Part shown: one piece after another, positions 41,430-53,665 of the stretch | Numbering within the stretch: the stretch's first letter is position 1 | Layout of the letters: the number at the start of each line of letters is the position of its first letter | NCBI RefSeq assembly: GCF_964204645.1 | Contig: NC_134034.1 | Coordinates: 6,918,914 to 6,982,913 of the forward strand | DNA from: Tubulanus polymorphus | Lineage: Eukaryota > Animalia > Nemertea | DNA length: 64,000 bases | Direction of reading: 5' to 3' | Notes under the pieces: model-generated | The model's input: only the letters and a program-made list of their open reading frames with translations | Databases searched by the model: none | What the model was told of the DNA's origin: nothing | Position numbers and translations under genes: made by a program

Positions 41430-44400
41430 TCACGACGATGCATTAATCTTCTGTTTCTTATCTTTATTCTTTATTGTTAAAAACAAAGCAATGTTACGAA
41501 CAAAATTTTCAGGTTTCATGTATGAAAGCTGAGCTTTTAACCTTACAATGCCAGTATTAGCTTGTTCATTGATTTGAGTATTAATGCTGTGCAGGTCAAC
41601 ATTGGACTTGTATGTATCTATCTTGTAACCTTCACAGCATCCAACATGATTCTTCCAATGCAAACGGTCAACACAGAACATAGTATGTAGAAAAAACTGT
41701 GGTTCCCTAAAAATCATGTAAAAAGAAAGTAAATACTTTAAGAAATAGAATTATTTCTAAATAAGGTCACGTGCAATGAGATATTTTACTATTGCGATTA
41801 CAATTATTTGTTTTAAAAAAACATACCGGTTCAAGCTATACTGATGTAGGCGACAGGCATTGTCATATACAATAACTTTCGGAGCTTTTGCAAATCTTGT
41901 TTTGAAGATGCTAAAAGGGTGCCTGGGAGATTCATGACTCTGCATAACCTAATTAATAAAAGTGGATAGTTTATTTCATACATGAGTGTAGTTAAAAATT
42001 ACACTGTCCAATTAAGTTAGGCATTAATAACTTTAAAACCCACTGTATACATAATTTAAGATGCAATAATAAAAATAAATTAAATAATAATTTGTTTTTA
42101 ATCTTAAATCTTGTATGTAGTAGGTTTGAAACTTATTATCTGTTCTCCACATTTGAGTGGTAATTCTACTATTAAGTTAAACACATACCTGGAAACCATA
42201 GTTAACACCATGCGAACAGAAAACTGTGAAGATGCCCGAAGTTAACACCCAGTGAGTTTTTGCATACTTGTTACAACTATCACCTCTTCTACATTTAACA
42301 CGGTCATTCTTTGCATCCATTTCGTAGTTTCCGTCTCTAAAATAATGAAGGGTCAAATAAATCAGGTATATTTAGAATACAATTTTACTTGTTGCATAAT
42401 TACAGATTCACTAATTATTACCTGTGTAGTTTTGGGAGACAGGGAAAAAAACTTAATGTATTGAACAGATCTTCATTTGTTGATTCCCGCAGCACATGCT
42501 TGGGATTATCAGATACCTGCAAGAAAAAGTAAAGTTCATGCTATCATTGAGTTAACTAGTTTTTCAATTTATAATTTTTAATTTATAATCACATAATGTA
42601 CCTGGAAGCAGACTTTGGCACGTTGAATAAGATCCTTCAGGAAACCAATACAATACTCATCTAATCTACCAGTAGATACTGATATTCTGAATGTAGTTGT
42701 GTATAATAGGTGCACATCTTATGAGCTCGCCTATTTCAGCATGGTTTTCGCTTTAAAAAAAATCAGTTTCAGCAGAAAGACATCTTTCGACTAGAGCAGC
42801 TGTCTGTATGAAGTTCGTTGACTGCACAACTGCACAAGCTGGTCCATTGCATGATAACGCTTTTAAAAGTTCTTGTTCCTCTGGGAGAGCATTATTGTCA
42901 CCATTCCTTTCAACAAGAAATTTCAGATTAGATAAGTGTGGAGTTTTCCCAAGAATATTAACCAACTCCTTCTTTTGGGTATCAGTATGCGGGACTGGAG
43001 TGTGTGGTGACTGCTTTGTTTTGTCACTCAAAATAGGTCCACCAGCATACTGGCACAACAAATTCCGACATTTAGCATTAGGCATGAACACTCTATCATC
43101 ATGTTTGCTCCCAGAAATCACAGGACTATCTGCAGATATTATAGGCTGAACATCTTGCAATGAATGGAGCAAATCCTTACGAAAACCGAGATCTACACCA
43201 TCGCATATTACCACGGTTGGGTAATCTTTACTAAGTGGACAACGAAACTCTGATGTCAAGTTGAAATCGAGAAGTCGCATGAATGCACTCCAACTCTTTT
43301 GCAATGTGTGCAGCGGTATTGCTGATGATCCGAGTAAAATATTTGCGGATCTTTCCATGCTTCTGGAATAAATACACAATCCGAATGAAAATGTCTGGTT
43401 ACTTTCTCCATTAGTTGTTGTATATTATTGAAAGTTACTAAATAAACAAACCCCAACTACCCTTGATATGATGACAGGGGATTTCTAGCCTCAGTCATGG
43501 CATGCAGATATTTGAACAACAGTCTGTAATCTACCAGTTGAAGTTATTAACATTCAACAGTAATTCCCTCTGTCCATCAAAGAAGAACTGACAATTACAA
43601 TCACCGATTGATGGTCGATAATACACTGCAAAATAAATATCATTACTTGAATATTAAAATAAATTTCATGCGATAAAGTTTAAAAATGTGTCAATACTTT
43701 AAATATATGTACATACAGGCTCGTACATACCATTAATTCTTTTCAAAACACCACCAAGCAATGCGAACTCCTGGCTGCCTGTTTCATTAAATACAGTGGC
43801 CTTTTTATCGAAACGCCAATTCATCAGAACAGGATCGCGACAATCCCACGAAAAATTATGAGTACATCTTGACTCTGCATCAAAAATAGGCACAAAATTC
43901 TCTGGGTATGGCATGCCATACATTCGGTTCTGTAAGACCATCTGCAGTTCAGTGGGTAGCGGATAAGAAATAAGATGACGTGACACTACCGACATGCTTG
44001 TGTGACTATGTGAAACATTTGATAACGGAGGCTGAGGTTGTATGCCCTTTTCATCACACCAGTCTTTATACATGTTAACATGAACACAATTTGAATTGTA
44101 TTTGCATGTTTCACAAATAAAATGCGCCATGCGACTGCTCCACTTAACAATGTTCACTGACTGTTGACAGGTAGCAGAAATTAATATAGGCGCTTGCGAC
44201 AGAATATGGATATCTGTACCATCAGCTGGCCACACACACATTTCTATATCCCTGTATAACATAGTTATGGCAAAGCAATGCTTGCAATAATTTGCTTGAC
44301 ACCGGACCTTAAACTGCGAGATTGCTTCCGTTAAATTTTTGTCCAATGACGATAATTGTTTCATGCGCCTGTATCCAACGGGACAGTTACAATTTAATAT

Positions 44401-44587
44401 CGAGCACTCTCCATCCGCCAAAAAGTATGGCAATTGGTTCTTTACAATGAAATGTTCGTTGCCATCTGCCAGTACAAAGACTCCAGGAAATAAATCCCAG
44501 TATTCTTTGTTCTTTCTTTAAGTCATCAAATATATCTTATTTTCATCCAACGGACATTCTATGTGTACGGTTGTGACACTTGGATTA
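41430..44587 (-). pseudogene. Spliced KDZ-type transposase (HMGXB3-related, SWIM/CxC N-terminus), disrupted; 5' exon(s) unresolved (possibly up to ~45170)
   Basis: Exons 44587-43731, 43625-43461, 43362-42602, 42516-42422, 42336-42189, 41948-41827, 41706-41430. Motifs: CNC...CKH, FDGQRELLLNVNN, VVICDG, LTSGIFTVFCSHG, HESPRHPF, VYDNAC, VDRLHWKNH..C, NTQINEQAN. Stops at 44518-44520 and 42753-42755; frameshifts near 43540 and 42690. Confidence 0.85.
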
Positions 44588-44600
44588 CTGAAATAAAAAA

Positions 44601-44606
<6 letters not shown>

Positions 44607-44655
<49 letters not shown>
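44607..44655. repeat. (AT)n microsatellite in a transposase intron
   Basis: About 24 AT units. Confidence 0.95.
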
Positions 44656-44658
<3 letters not shown>

Positions 44659-47600
44659 TACTAAATATTAAAAATAAATAAATAAAACATTTTTAAGTTT
44701 AAATTCAATCATCCTGGTTTCTACATGTTTTACTCAAAATCAAACATGAAAAATGAAAAAAGAAATACATGCGTGAAATTTATGTCATCACCGAGGTCAT
44801 TATTTCGGATAATCCCTTCGAGCTGAGCGAGCGAGCGCTCGAACTACGACGACAACGCCCCCAATCTGCCTCTTTCTGTTTATCATTTGATTTCTATAAG
44901 TCACAGAGGAAGGCTAAAACGATCCTATTCTGGATACAGTTAAATTTCTGGTAAGTTGATTCAATATAGCTACAAACCTGGTTTTATTTTGTTGCGAGCG
45001 CGATTTCAATGACATTGACAATGATTGGCTTTCTACTCCACCGGTCGTTGTCGTTGTTGTTGCATCATTGCCACCTTGCTGACGATTTTCAACAAATAAT
45101 CCTCTTCGACGACGTTTCTTGCACAGCTGCTTTTTCTCCTCTAATTTATTCATATAAATATCTAAAGTATGCACACGGAGACGTGACGTTCACGCCGTTT
45201 TCTTAGCTTGTGATTGTTAAGAGTGCCATAAACTGGCACGGCAGGCTTGTGTTGCCCTGTTAGCGGACTAGGCCAAATGATAAACTATTGAAACGAAACA
45301 ACGGTATTGAAAATAATTAACATTTTATGACTAAACATTTACCATTTGACATTTTTGTAAACAGATAATTCGGAAAGTTACCGGTCCTATTAACATCTAT
45401 ATCCAGCTCTTATAACAGGTCAGTGAAAAAAAAACATCGTTGGTTTCGTTTTCAGATTTTACGCTCCGGTAAAACTTTAGATTTTTCGTATGCTATTGTA
45501 GACCCAGAAATGTCATATTTGATTCGGAGACACGGTCAAGTTTTTATCATGGATTAATTTCATCCTTTCAAGTTGCAAACCACGCACGAACGCTCACTCA
45601 CTCGCGTACTCGCTAACCACACTCCGCGCGATCGAGTTCCGAGAAGCCTTCTCACTTCGCGCGCTCGAGCTTCGAGTAGGCCTTCTCACTTCACGCGCTC
45701 AAGCTTCGAGTAGGCCTTCTCACTTTGCGCGCTCGCGCAAAGCCGAATGCTCGCACGAGTAACTCTTCGAGCAAAACATCAAAACGATACCCATTTTATA
45801 GCTCTATATTTGTATAGAGCCCATCAGCATGAGAAAAAAGTTTGGTTGATCGGACTCAAGATGGCTGCCCTCTGACCTTTTTTGGGCCCACAATGTCAGT
45901 TTTGGCCTGAATTCTTGGACCTGTTGCTTCCTAATGATTTGCCAAATTATTCCTAATGATTTTTCATTGAAATTTGTGATGGGCATTCTATGAAAAGAGG
46001 TCTTTAATACACCAAACAGGTATTTTCGATCAGCCAATTGGCATGCAATTGGCGGCCATCAAAGTGTCATCAGTACTCATTTGTTGATTGAAAAGGGTTT
46101 GTCGAGGAAAATAGTATTTGTATGATTGTTGTAAGTTTCAAGGTCAGATTTCAGTAAGGTCAATGGGATCCTTAATGTTGCAAACCAATATCCTCTAATA
46201 TTACGTCCATCACGTCGCTTTAGAGGGGTCCGTAAAAGGGCGCTGTTTTAGCTTAAAAGTTAAGACTGGGTGCCTGTCAAATTCTGCATCCCCTGCATTC
46301 GTGGTCATAGGTTACAGTTGCTATGAAACAATTTCAGTGAGGTCCAAATATTTCTCCAAATATATCCCAGCGAGAAAACCTGGTTACTATTTATAGTAAA
46401 ATTGAAAAAATTCTGTTTTTTTTTAAATACCGCAATTCCGCAATATGACAGCACCGAACTTTTGGTGCGCTTTATGAATAGCAAACGTTTGGCAAACTAA
46501 TAGATTTGATTAAGAACAATGAAATTAGCTTTGTTAGATAGATTTTAAAACAATCCTTGGTGAAATAAGCAGTGTAAGTCGGATATAATTTAACAGTTTC
46601 CAGTCTCCTTTAATCCTCTCAGAAGTTGTTAAAGATTCCTAAATTCTCTCTGGTGTATAGCGTTGATGCTGTTATACACAACCCAAAAACATACGATGGA
46701 TAGCCAGCAGTAGAGGTGCGAATATGGTGAAGGAATGATGTTGGTTTATAGATTTTATATATAGGCTATAAGTACTGAGTTCGGCAAAGATGACTCTTGA
46801 TTGCGCTGCTGACTGGCGGCTGCAACCGCGATGCATAGGCTATATAGGTCAATGATCCAGTTATTTAATTTTACTGATTTAAGTAAGACAAATGAATTAT
46901 TTTTTTCTATAAGTCTGATCCCATGCTTTTACTAAAGCATCATTTGGAAAGTAAATCTCAAAAAGTAGGAATTAGAGAGCATTTAACCTAGAGGCTTTCA
47001 GTGATGTGAAGCTAGAAACAGGGATGATTGGAAAAGAATTGAAATGAATTTTGGGACGATTTTAGCATTGGTTGACGTCTGTTATGTCATGCAAATGCTA
47101 GTAAAATGGATCAAAAGTTGTGGTAAAAAAAAAGGCGCCGACTCTTCTCATTTTCATAGTCATTTCAAATTGTAACTCCATTCTCGTAAAACATTAGACA
47201 CAGCTGAGAATGACTCAAAATAATGTAACGGTTATTCCCTACAAAGATAGCGTCACCGGATTAATTGACCCAAAAAGTAAGGTTATTCTATTTCATTTTT
47301 TTCGTTAGTTATGTGGTAGACGAGCGGGGGTTAAGCAATCGTGTAGTGATATGTCCGCATCGACATTGGCAGTAAAGAATGGGGAATGGCCTCTTTTGAA
47401 TAGAAAAACATAAATTTATGTTACCCCGGTATATTAATATCATAGTCTTTAAATATCACTGTTATTCCTCCTATCAGAAACAATGAGATTAATTGGGATT
47501 AATTCTCAGCGGCAGAATACATATTTCTAGAGTGGAATGGTTGGCCTACTCATGTCTGAAACCCGTGTAGGTAAATTATGTGATCGCGCAGGAATGCCTT

Positions 47601-48061
47601 TACTGAAGTTGAAACAATTTCATGATGACACAAAACATCAAATGGTAAACAGTACTACCCAACCATGATTCGATATCACCAATAAAGATAGATTATTTAT
47701 TCAATTTTACCAGAGTTGTTTATTGGAGGAAAATATCATTGTTAACTACGCCACGAACAACCATGTTGTGTCATCAATCATTTGACTGACATTTTATTGT
47801 AAAATTCCATCGGTTCCGCTATATTCTAAGATTTTCATTCTAAGAAGCTCTGCCTGTCTACTGCGCACTCACGAGGTGGTAGCAGCCCCGTATGCACTCA
47901 GCAGATAGATTCGCTTTGTAATGCGCGCCAGGAAAAATAACTGTTATCTTTTGCATGCGTTGAATACCACAAGACTGATTAAATTTACACGTTGTTGGTC
48001 TTAAATTGCAATATCGCGATATTTGTTTGACGCTACTGTAGTCTTTTGGAATTGAATCGAG

Positions 48062-48271
48062 CAGACTCGGTAGCTCAGTGAGATAATGCGCAATCCTGTT
48101 GCATCCACTATCAGTGCTGAGTCAAGTGGGTTCGAGTCATGCTGACTGCTTACAGTGTGTGGGCAACACTTCAAAGGCCGTCCCGTCGTGAGGTTAAGTG
48201 AAAAATCCAATAGGATTAAAAACCAAGGTCCGAACAATGTTAACAAACAAAAAGACAAACAAACAATCAAC
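48062..48271 (+). mobile_element. Probable tRNA-derived SINE
   Basis: A-box-like TAGCTCAGTGAG (48071), B-box GGTTCGAGTC (48129), and an (AAAC)n-like tail at 48242-48271. Confidence 0.6.
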
Positions 48272-49339
48272 AGCCTGCCTCAGTGACACCAATGCCTGCA
48301 TCGCTCTCTGTGCGATGTTTTGATGCGTATGTTTTCCGGTTGATCTACCTATAATGCAGCAGAGTATTTTGCATTCAGAAAAATTGTTCTGTTTTTGTTT
48401 TCATTATTTAGCAATAGGGCCTAACAGTTCATGCAAGAAAAACCACAGTCAGTCGAGATTACCGTTACAGTTGTATGTTGAGTACGAATCTTGTGTGGGT
48501 TTTTGCATACAAATCTTGATTTAAATCTCTTGGCTGGGACATGATGGAAAACATCAGAATAAACTAGTTTCGTTTTTAACAGAATCGCATTAATGAGGTT
48601 TAACAATAAAAATAGTGTAGGCTAAATCGTTTGGCAGAAAAATTAAATTCATTCAATTCTTAAGTCTGTGGTCCTCCCAATCAACATCGTCATAGATCAC
48701 CGATCCGGAGTGCATGACTTCGATGGAGAACTCCGGATAATCTTTTCAAGTTCGGTAGATGTAACCGGCATAAAATAGTTCATATGAGTATCAGGTACTG
48801 ATAATGAGAATCAAACCGGCTGATCACACACTGGAATAACCTGCAACTCTGCTAACTTAGATCTGATCTGAGTCACGTTATCCTCAAAGAAGTCTGCAAA
48901 ACGATTTGCAGACTTTAGTGTTGACTGCTTTTGAGAGTGGTAGTGAGATATAACCAATTAACAAGAAATAATCAGAGATTGTGACATAGAAGTCACACAT
49001 CGGTTATCGAAGTTTATGTACTTTTTGCAACTTAGTAGAACCAATTATTAGTTCAGGGCCTCAGCCCAGGTTGAGCTGTAGTTTCAGATGGCTGCAAACG
49101 TGAAATGTGCTACGACCAAACTTGTTCTGCCATCTAGTAACGACGCGCAAGAATAATCCAAAAACCAGAATATGCATGATGTTTATTTAATTTCATCTGA
49201 TATCGATCACTTTGTGATATTTCTCTTGATTGTTTGAACACATACCTCAATTTGGTCATAATACGACCAGTGAAAACGTGCACTCTTGATAAACCATCGT
49301 TTTTATATCAACTTTACGATGCAGCGTCAATTGAATTAA

Positions 49340-50063
49340 TTATCTCAGGCGAAGCCCGAGATGTTGTAATGGGTCCAAAAATCTAATTTTTGCTAACAAA
49401 TGAGGTTATAACCTTGACACGAAGTCATGCAATCTACTATGTTTATGTGCAAAATGTAGCTTTATCATGCGGCTAAAATCTGTTGGAAATGGAATTTTGA
49501 ATATCGCGTTCATTTAAGAGAAATCGACGAATTTGTGGCGATTTTTAAAGAAATTTCAAGGAGCATTTTGTTTCATCAAACAGCTAGAAGGCCGATGTAC
49601 AACGTTACATTGAAGTAAAATAACTGCTCCCTGCGGTTGGCTGAGCTCCCGCTGTCAATCAATGTAAGGGCATATTCGATTGACGCAGACAAACCGGTCT
49701 TTCAATCTTCTCATCTATTAATCTGCTCGGTTCTAGTTTCTCATTTCCCAGTCATGGGAGCATCTTATATGTTTATTTATGATTTGATAGACGAAGTATC
49801 GATTCTGTCTCCCCATATCTATTTCAATATGCAAATAACGGAAGATTCAATCGATACGCTACTTCACGGAAGATTATGCGCGCAAAACCGAATAGGCCAA
49901 AACCTCGTGTATTGCCGCGACGATTGCTGATTAGATTTCGATGATGTTGTTCACCGAAATCAGCAGATTTTACACATCCATGAAGTGTCCAAGGAGATGG
50001 CGCCTATACATTACAAAGATAGTATTCTGCGCCCGAGATATTAAGATCTGTGGATCTCTTGTT
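49340..50063 (+). mobile_element. Third HINE-like family, complete copy; 5' part also at 9643-9955 and 3' end at 12994-13030
   Basis: 5' tatctcaggcg aa gcccgagat; 3' cgcccgagata followed by the hairpin agatctgtggatct. Confidence 0.7.
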
Positions 50064-50620
50064 GAAGGCTTATAATTGGTAACAAACGCAGATCTCGTAG
50101 ATACTGTCTCACCCGATGTACTGTCTTGGTTAACAGACCCAATACACGAGTCACTGTGGGATTAGCAGTCAATGTTGATAGATTAATTGCCTATGTTAGT
50201 TTACCTATGTAAGCGATATTGAAGTTGGCATTGAACAATTATGTAAAATCGTGGAACGTTTTTTAATGTGAGCATTTGTTTCATTGGTTCTCGGCCTATA
50301 TTGAGGCGATTGAAGACATGGAGAACCTCCGTCGATGACATGGTCAACTTAGTAAGAATTCACCGAAAAATTGTTTTGGCAGGAAAATTATTAGGTCTTG
50401 CGTATGAAATTGCAATGACTTTGATTGGGGGCGTCGTCTCTGCAAGCAAATGTGATTGGCTGTTTTTGGGATATATGGGGAATTCCGGCGCTACAAAAGT
50501 AATTATTGGAAAGCCATAATGGTGAGCGTTTCATGGGAATGGGTGCTGTACGCTCGCGAATTCCAAATGCTCATTACTGGTGAGAAAATAATAATTTCAC
50601 ATATCCGCCATAGGTACTGT

Positions 50621-50727
<107 letters not shown>

Positions 50728-52151
50728 ACACTACTATATAGTGATACTGTAACCCTGCTTGCTGGGGCGTGCATGTTTGACATCAAAATTTAAACTTTAT
50801 AACTGAATATTTTAGTGGTAAAATCCAGGATTTGAAACAATCCAGGCCAATCTTTACCGGTACCGGTATTTTAGCTTCTGCGGCCCTACATTGGAAGAGG
50901 TTTCCAAAACTTCCAATATTCAGCCACCCTCTGATCGGTGACATCATATGAATTTTTATTTGAATATTTATATTATATTTATATATTCATATTGTGAAAG
51001 ATTTTTTTTTTCAAATATAAAATAGTTTCCCTATGAAATTTTGGACAGAAAACAAACGTGAATTTTGAAGTCACAAATTAAAAAAATTTTCATAGATTTT
51101 TCATTGCTCCAAACAACCTCTAGCTTTTAAGGTAAACCACACTTTGCCCATGGGCAATTTATTTCTGGTTGGGAAGTATCGTTAATCTGTTGGGTGAAGA
51201 TAGTAATAAATTATCATATAGGCCTACTGGATACCGGTAATGTAAGCATGCGTCCAGTGTCCTGTTCAACAAGGGGTTTTCCCATAGAAAAAACTGGTTA
51301 ATATTTATAGTGAAACTGAAGAAATTACGTGTTTTTTTTAATGATACCATGACATGACAACTCTGGCTTCAATGCCCATGGGCCTCTTGTATTAAATGCT
51401 GCTTCCAATTTTGATTTTGTGCGTTTACCTTTAACTTTATGGTATTGGCATTGTGTATACTCAAGGAATGCTAACATTGAACAAACTAGTCCCCTCAACA
51501 TTCTTTTTAGCATTATTATTCCATTTCCCAATTGACAAAATATCCATGCACTCCTTTAGTAAGGTTTCTCCTGTTTGCACTAATGTTTTTTTGTATTCTG
51601 AAGCTCAGGGTCTTCAGGGTCATTGACTACTAGCTATTGCGGGGGACGTATAGATATGTTGTATCAAATTGTCTTGTTACATTTTGTGGTCCCATATTTT
51701 GCCCCAAAGGCTGCTAGGATAATGGGTATCCTGGAACCCTGAACTTCAAATGGCCATATCTTGGGAAGATATTTAGAGGACTTAGATGAGATGCGATAAA
51801 AACAAGCAGACCTTAAGATTTATGTCCTGGTGATACAAGTATCAGGACTATACGATAATGTTTTACCTGGTTGGACCATATCAACAATTCAAGATTATGC
51901 GACCTAAAGAACAGGATTTCCTTGATTTGAGGAACCGGTACAAATAGCATTATTTCACAAAAAACAAAGCTACGCCTTCAATGATATTCATATTCACTAT
52001 TCTGTTATTCAAAATTGAAATGAATAGTGGATAGGTTAATCTTATTCCTCTTTTGGGTAGGCGCCAAACAGCAACAATTTCTTTGACATTATTACCCTTA
52101 TCACTGTATCGTCTACCCTACACAACCATACTATAATATACTCCATTTTAG

Positions 52152-52270
52152 ATCCGGCAATATCATTTAGAGAAAGAGCAGAAAGAAAGTCAAATGCAAG
52201 AAGACATGATAAAGCGAATGGAGACATTGAAAAAAGCTTTAGAAATGCAGGCAGCTTATGACCAAGAAAG
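52152..52270 (+). CDS. CCDC148: CCDC148-like internal exon D
   Basis: Bounded by ttttag| and |gtatat; 119 bp, phase 0-2. Encodes IRQYHLEKEQKESQMQEDMIKRMETLKKALEMQAAYDQE(R) and supplies exactly the phase needed to join exons C and E. Confidence 0.85.
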
Positions 52271-52987
52271 GTATATTGAAAAGCATGCAAATTCTTGCTA
52301 AGTTGTTAATGGTTCAAATCTGTCCCTGCCAAGAGCAGTCTTGTCCGCCTTAAACTTTGGATACCAATCAAGAAACCTGTATACTGGTTTAGGCTAATTA
52401 GAATAATTAGTTCATTAAGAAATAGATTTCCTTCCGAAGCAACAATGGGTAATATGTCATTCTATTTAAACAGCAAATTAAATTAATTTTGTTACCGAAG
52501 TGCAGGCTATGGTGTTCACTGTTTATTCGTTGTGTAACCCGTCTGCCAGATAGAATCCACTTATCTTGAAATCTTTTCGAAATCAAATATATCCCCTTAG
52601 GCCTAGCATCAAAGGAAAATTTGGGTCACGGAAAACAAGATTCTGTTCTTTTTTCACCTTTTGTTAAAAAAGTCATCTTTGGGTTTTAGGCTTTTAGGCC
52701 AATAACATGGTTTTTCATATTTCATTGAATTTTTAGTTAAACATATCTAAAACTATTTTTTACATCTGGAGGGTATTTTGACGAAAATATCCATTGGTTG
52801 TATTTTATGTAGTCTCTATAATCGATAATCATCAGTATTTGATACTTGCCTGCATCTTCCTTATTTCGTTTTCCACATTAATCCAGGAAATTGAAATATA
52901 TATCATCCACAATTGGGTGAAGCTTGGTTTCAAGAATATGCGCCTTATTGAGATCGAAGTTAATATTTTTTCTTTCTCTGTACACAG

Positions 52988-53156
52988 AATTGTCTTCCGT
53001 GAGCATCAATATCATTTAAAGTTGCAAGCAAAGGAGCAAAAAGAGTTTACGAGGTTGCAACATGAAGCTGATAAACATTGTCGATTGGAAGCTATACGAG
53101 AATTAGTAAGAGTGGAAGCAGTTAAAGATCCCAAGAGATTAATGTCTGACACTGAG
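52988..53156 (+). CDS. CCDC148: CCDC148-like internal exon E
   Basis: Bounded by acacag| and |gtaagg; 169 bp, phase 2-0. Encodes (R)IVFREHQYHLKLQAKE...RLEAIRELVRVEAVKDPKRLMSDTE, matching CCDC148 [24 protein letters not shown]. Confidence 0.87.
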
Positions 53157-53221
53157 GTAAGGCCACAAAAAGTCCTCTTTCTCGGGTGAAGCAATCACCA
53201 AAATTGGTAGGTATGATAGGT

Positions 53222-53665
53222 TTTTTTAGGCCATCCGTAGGCTGAGCCTATAACTATGCAAATGGAGCAAAATTAAATGACACGGTTTCCAGAGCTGAGG
53301 CCCGCTGACTGTGCAACGGAGCATGTATTCATACAAATCATTCATTAAAGCATTATCCGTTATCCAAAACGTAGGGAGCTGAATCAAAAAAAGGGCCACG
53401 TAAAAATTTATATGAGCTCATTCGCGAAAATCTGAACGAAAAAATATCGGTTTTAAAAAGAAAATCAGAAAGCAAGGACTCCTTTATGATTGGCTAAGCC
53501 ACAGAAATCAGCAGGTGTTCACGTGAACCCGCGATATCATCTACTGTTATACTTTTATTTTAAGATATAAAACAGTTTTTTGAGATTGATTTCTATGAAA
53601 TCTTTAGTTGATTTGGTTTTTCATAGGAGTTTCTTCTTGATAGGACTTCTTTAGGGCATTCTATT
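53222..53665 (+). repeat. Interspersed repeat (HINE-like head); longer copy at 57648-58805
   Basis: Shared ttttaggcca.ccgtaggctgagccta..actat.caaatggagc head and caggtgttcacgtgaa block. Confidence 0.7.

Larger units (their letters stand above)
38161..45804. mobile_element. KDZ-superfamily (Kyakuja-Dileera-Zisupton) DNA transposon, 7644 bp, with two convergent genes
   Basis: TATATTT direct repeat at 38154-38160 and 45805-45811. 32-bp subterminal IR (38187-38218 vs 45745-45776, 28/32 identical). The flanks are the two halves of one HINE-family copy (38043-38160 + 45812-46150). Confidence 0.85.

Noticed and set aside
41430-44587. Calling the - gene host HMGXB3
   Set aside because: No HMG box is seen, the acidic catalytic-type motifs (CDG, YDNA, NEQ) are retained, and it is flanked by IRs and a TSD.
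44769-45174. Definite first exon(s) of the KDZ transposase
   Set aside because: A basic ORF (44914..45174) and candidate splice sites exist, but no phase-consistent path to 44587 could be built.
53106-53111. Alternative donor GTAAGA inside exon E
   Set aside because: CCDC148 similarity continues in frame for 17 more codons to the donor at 53157.
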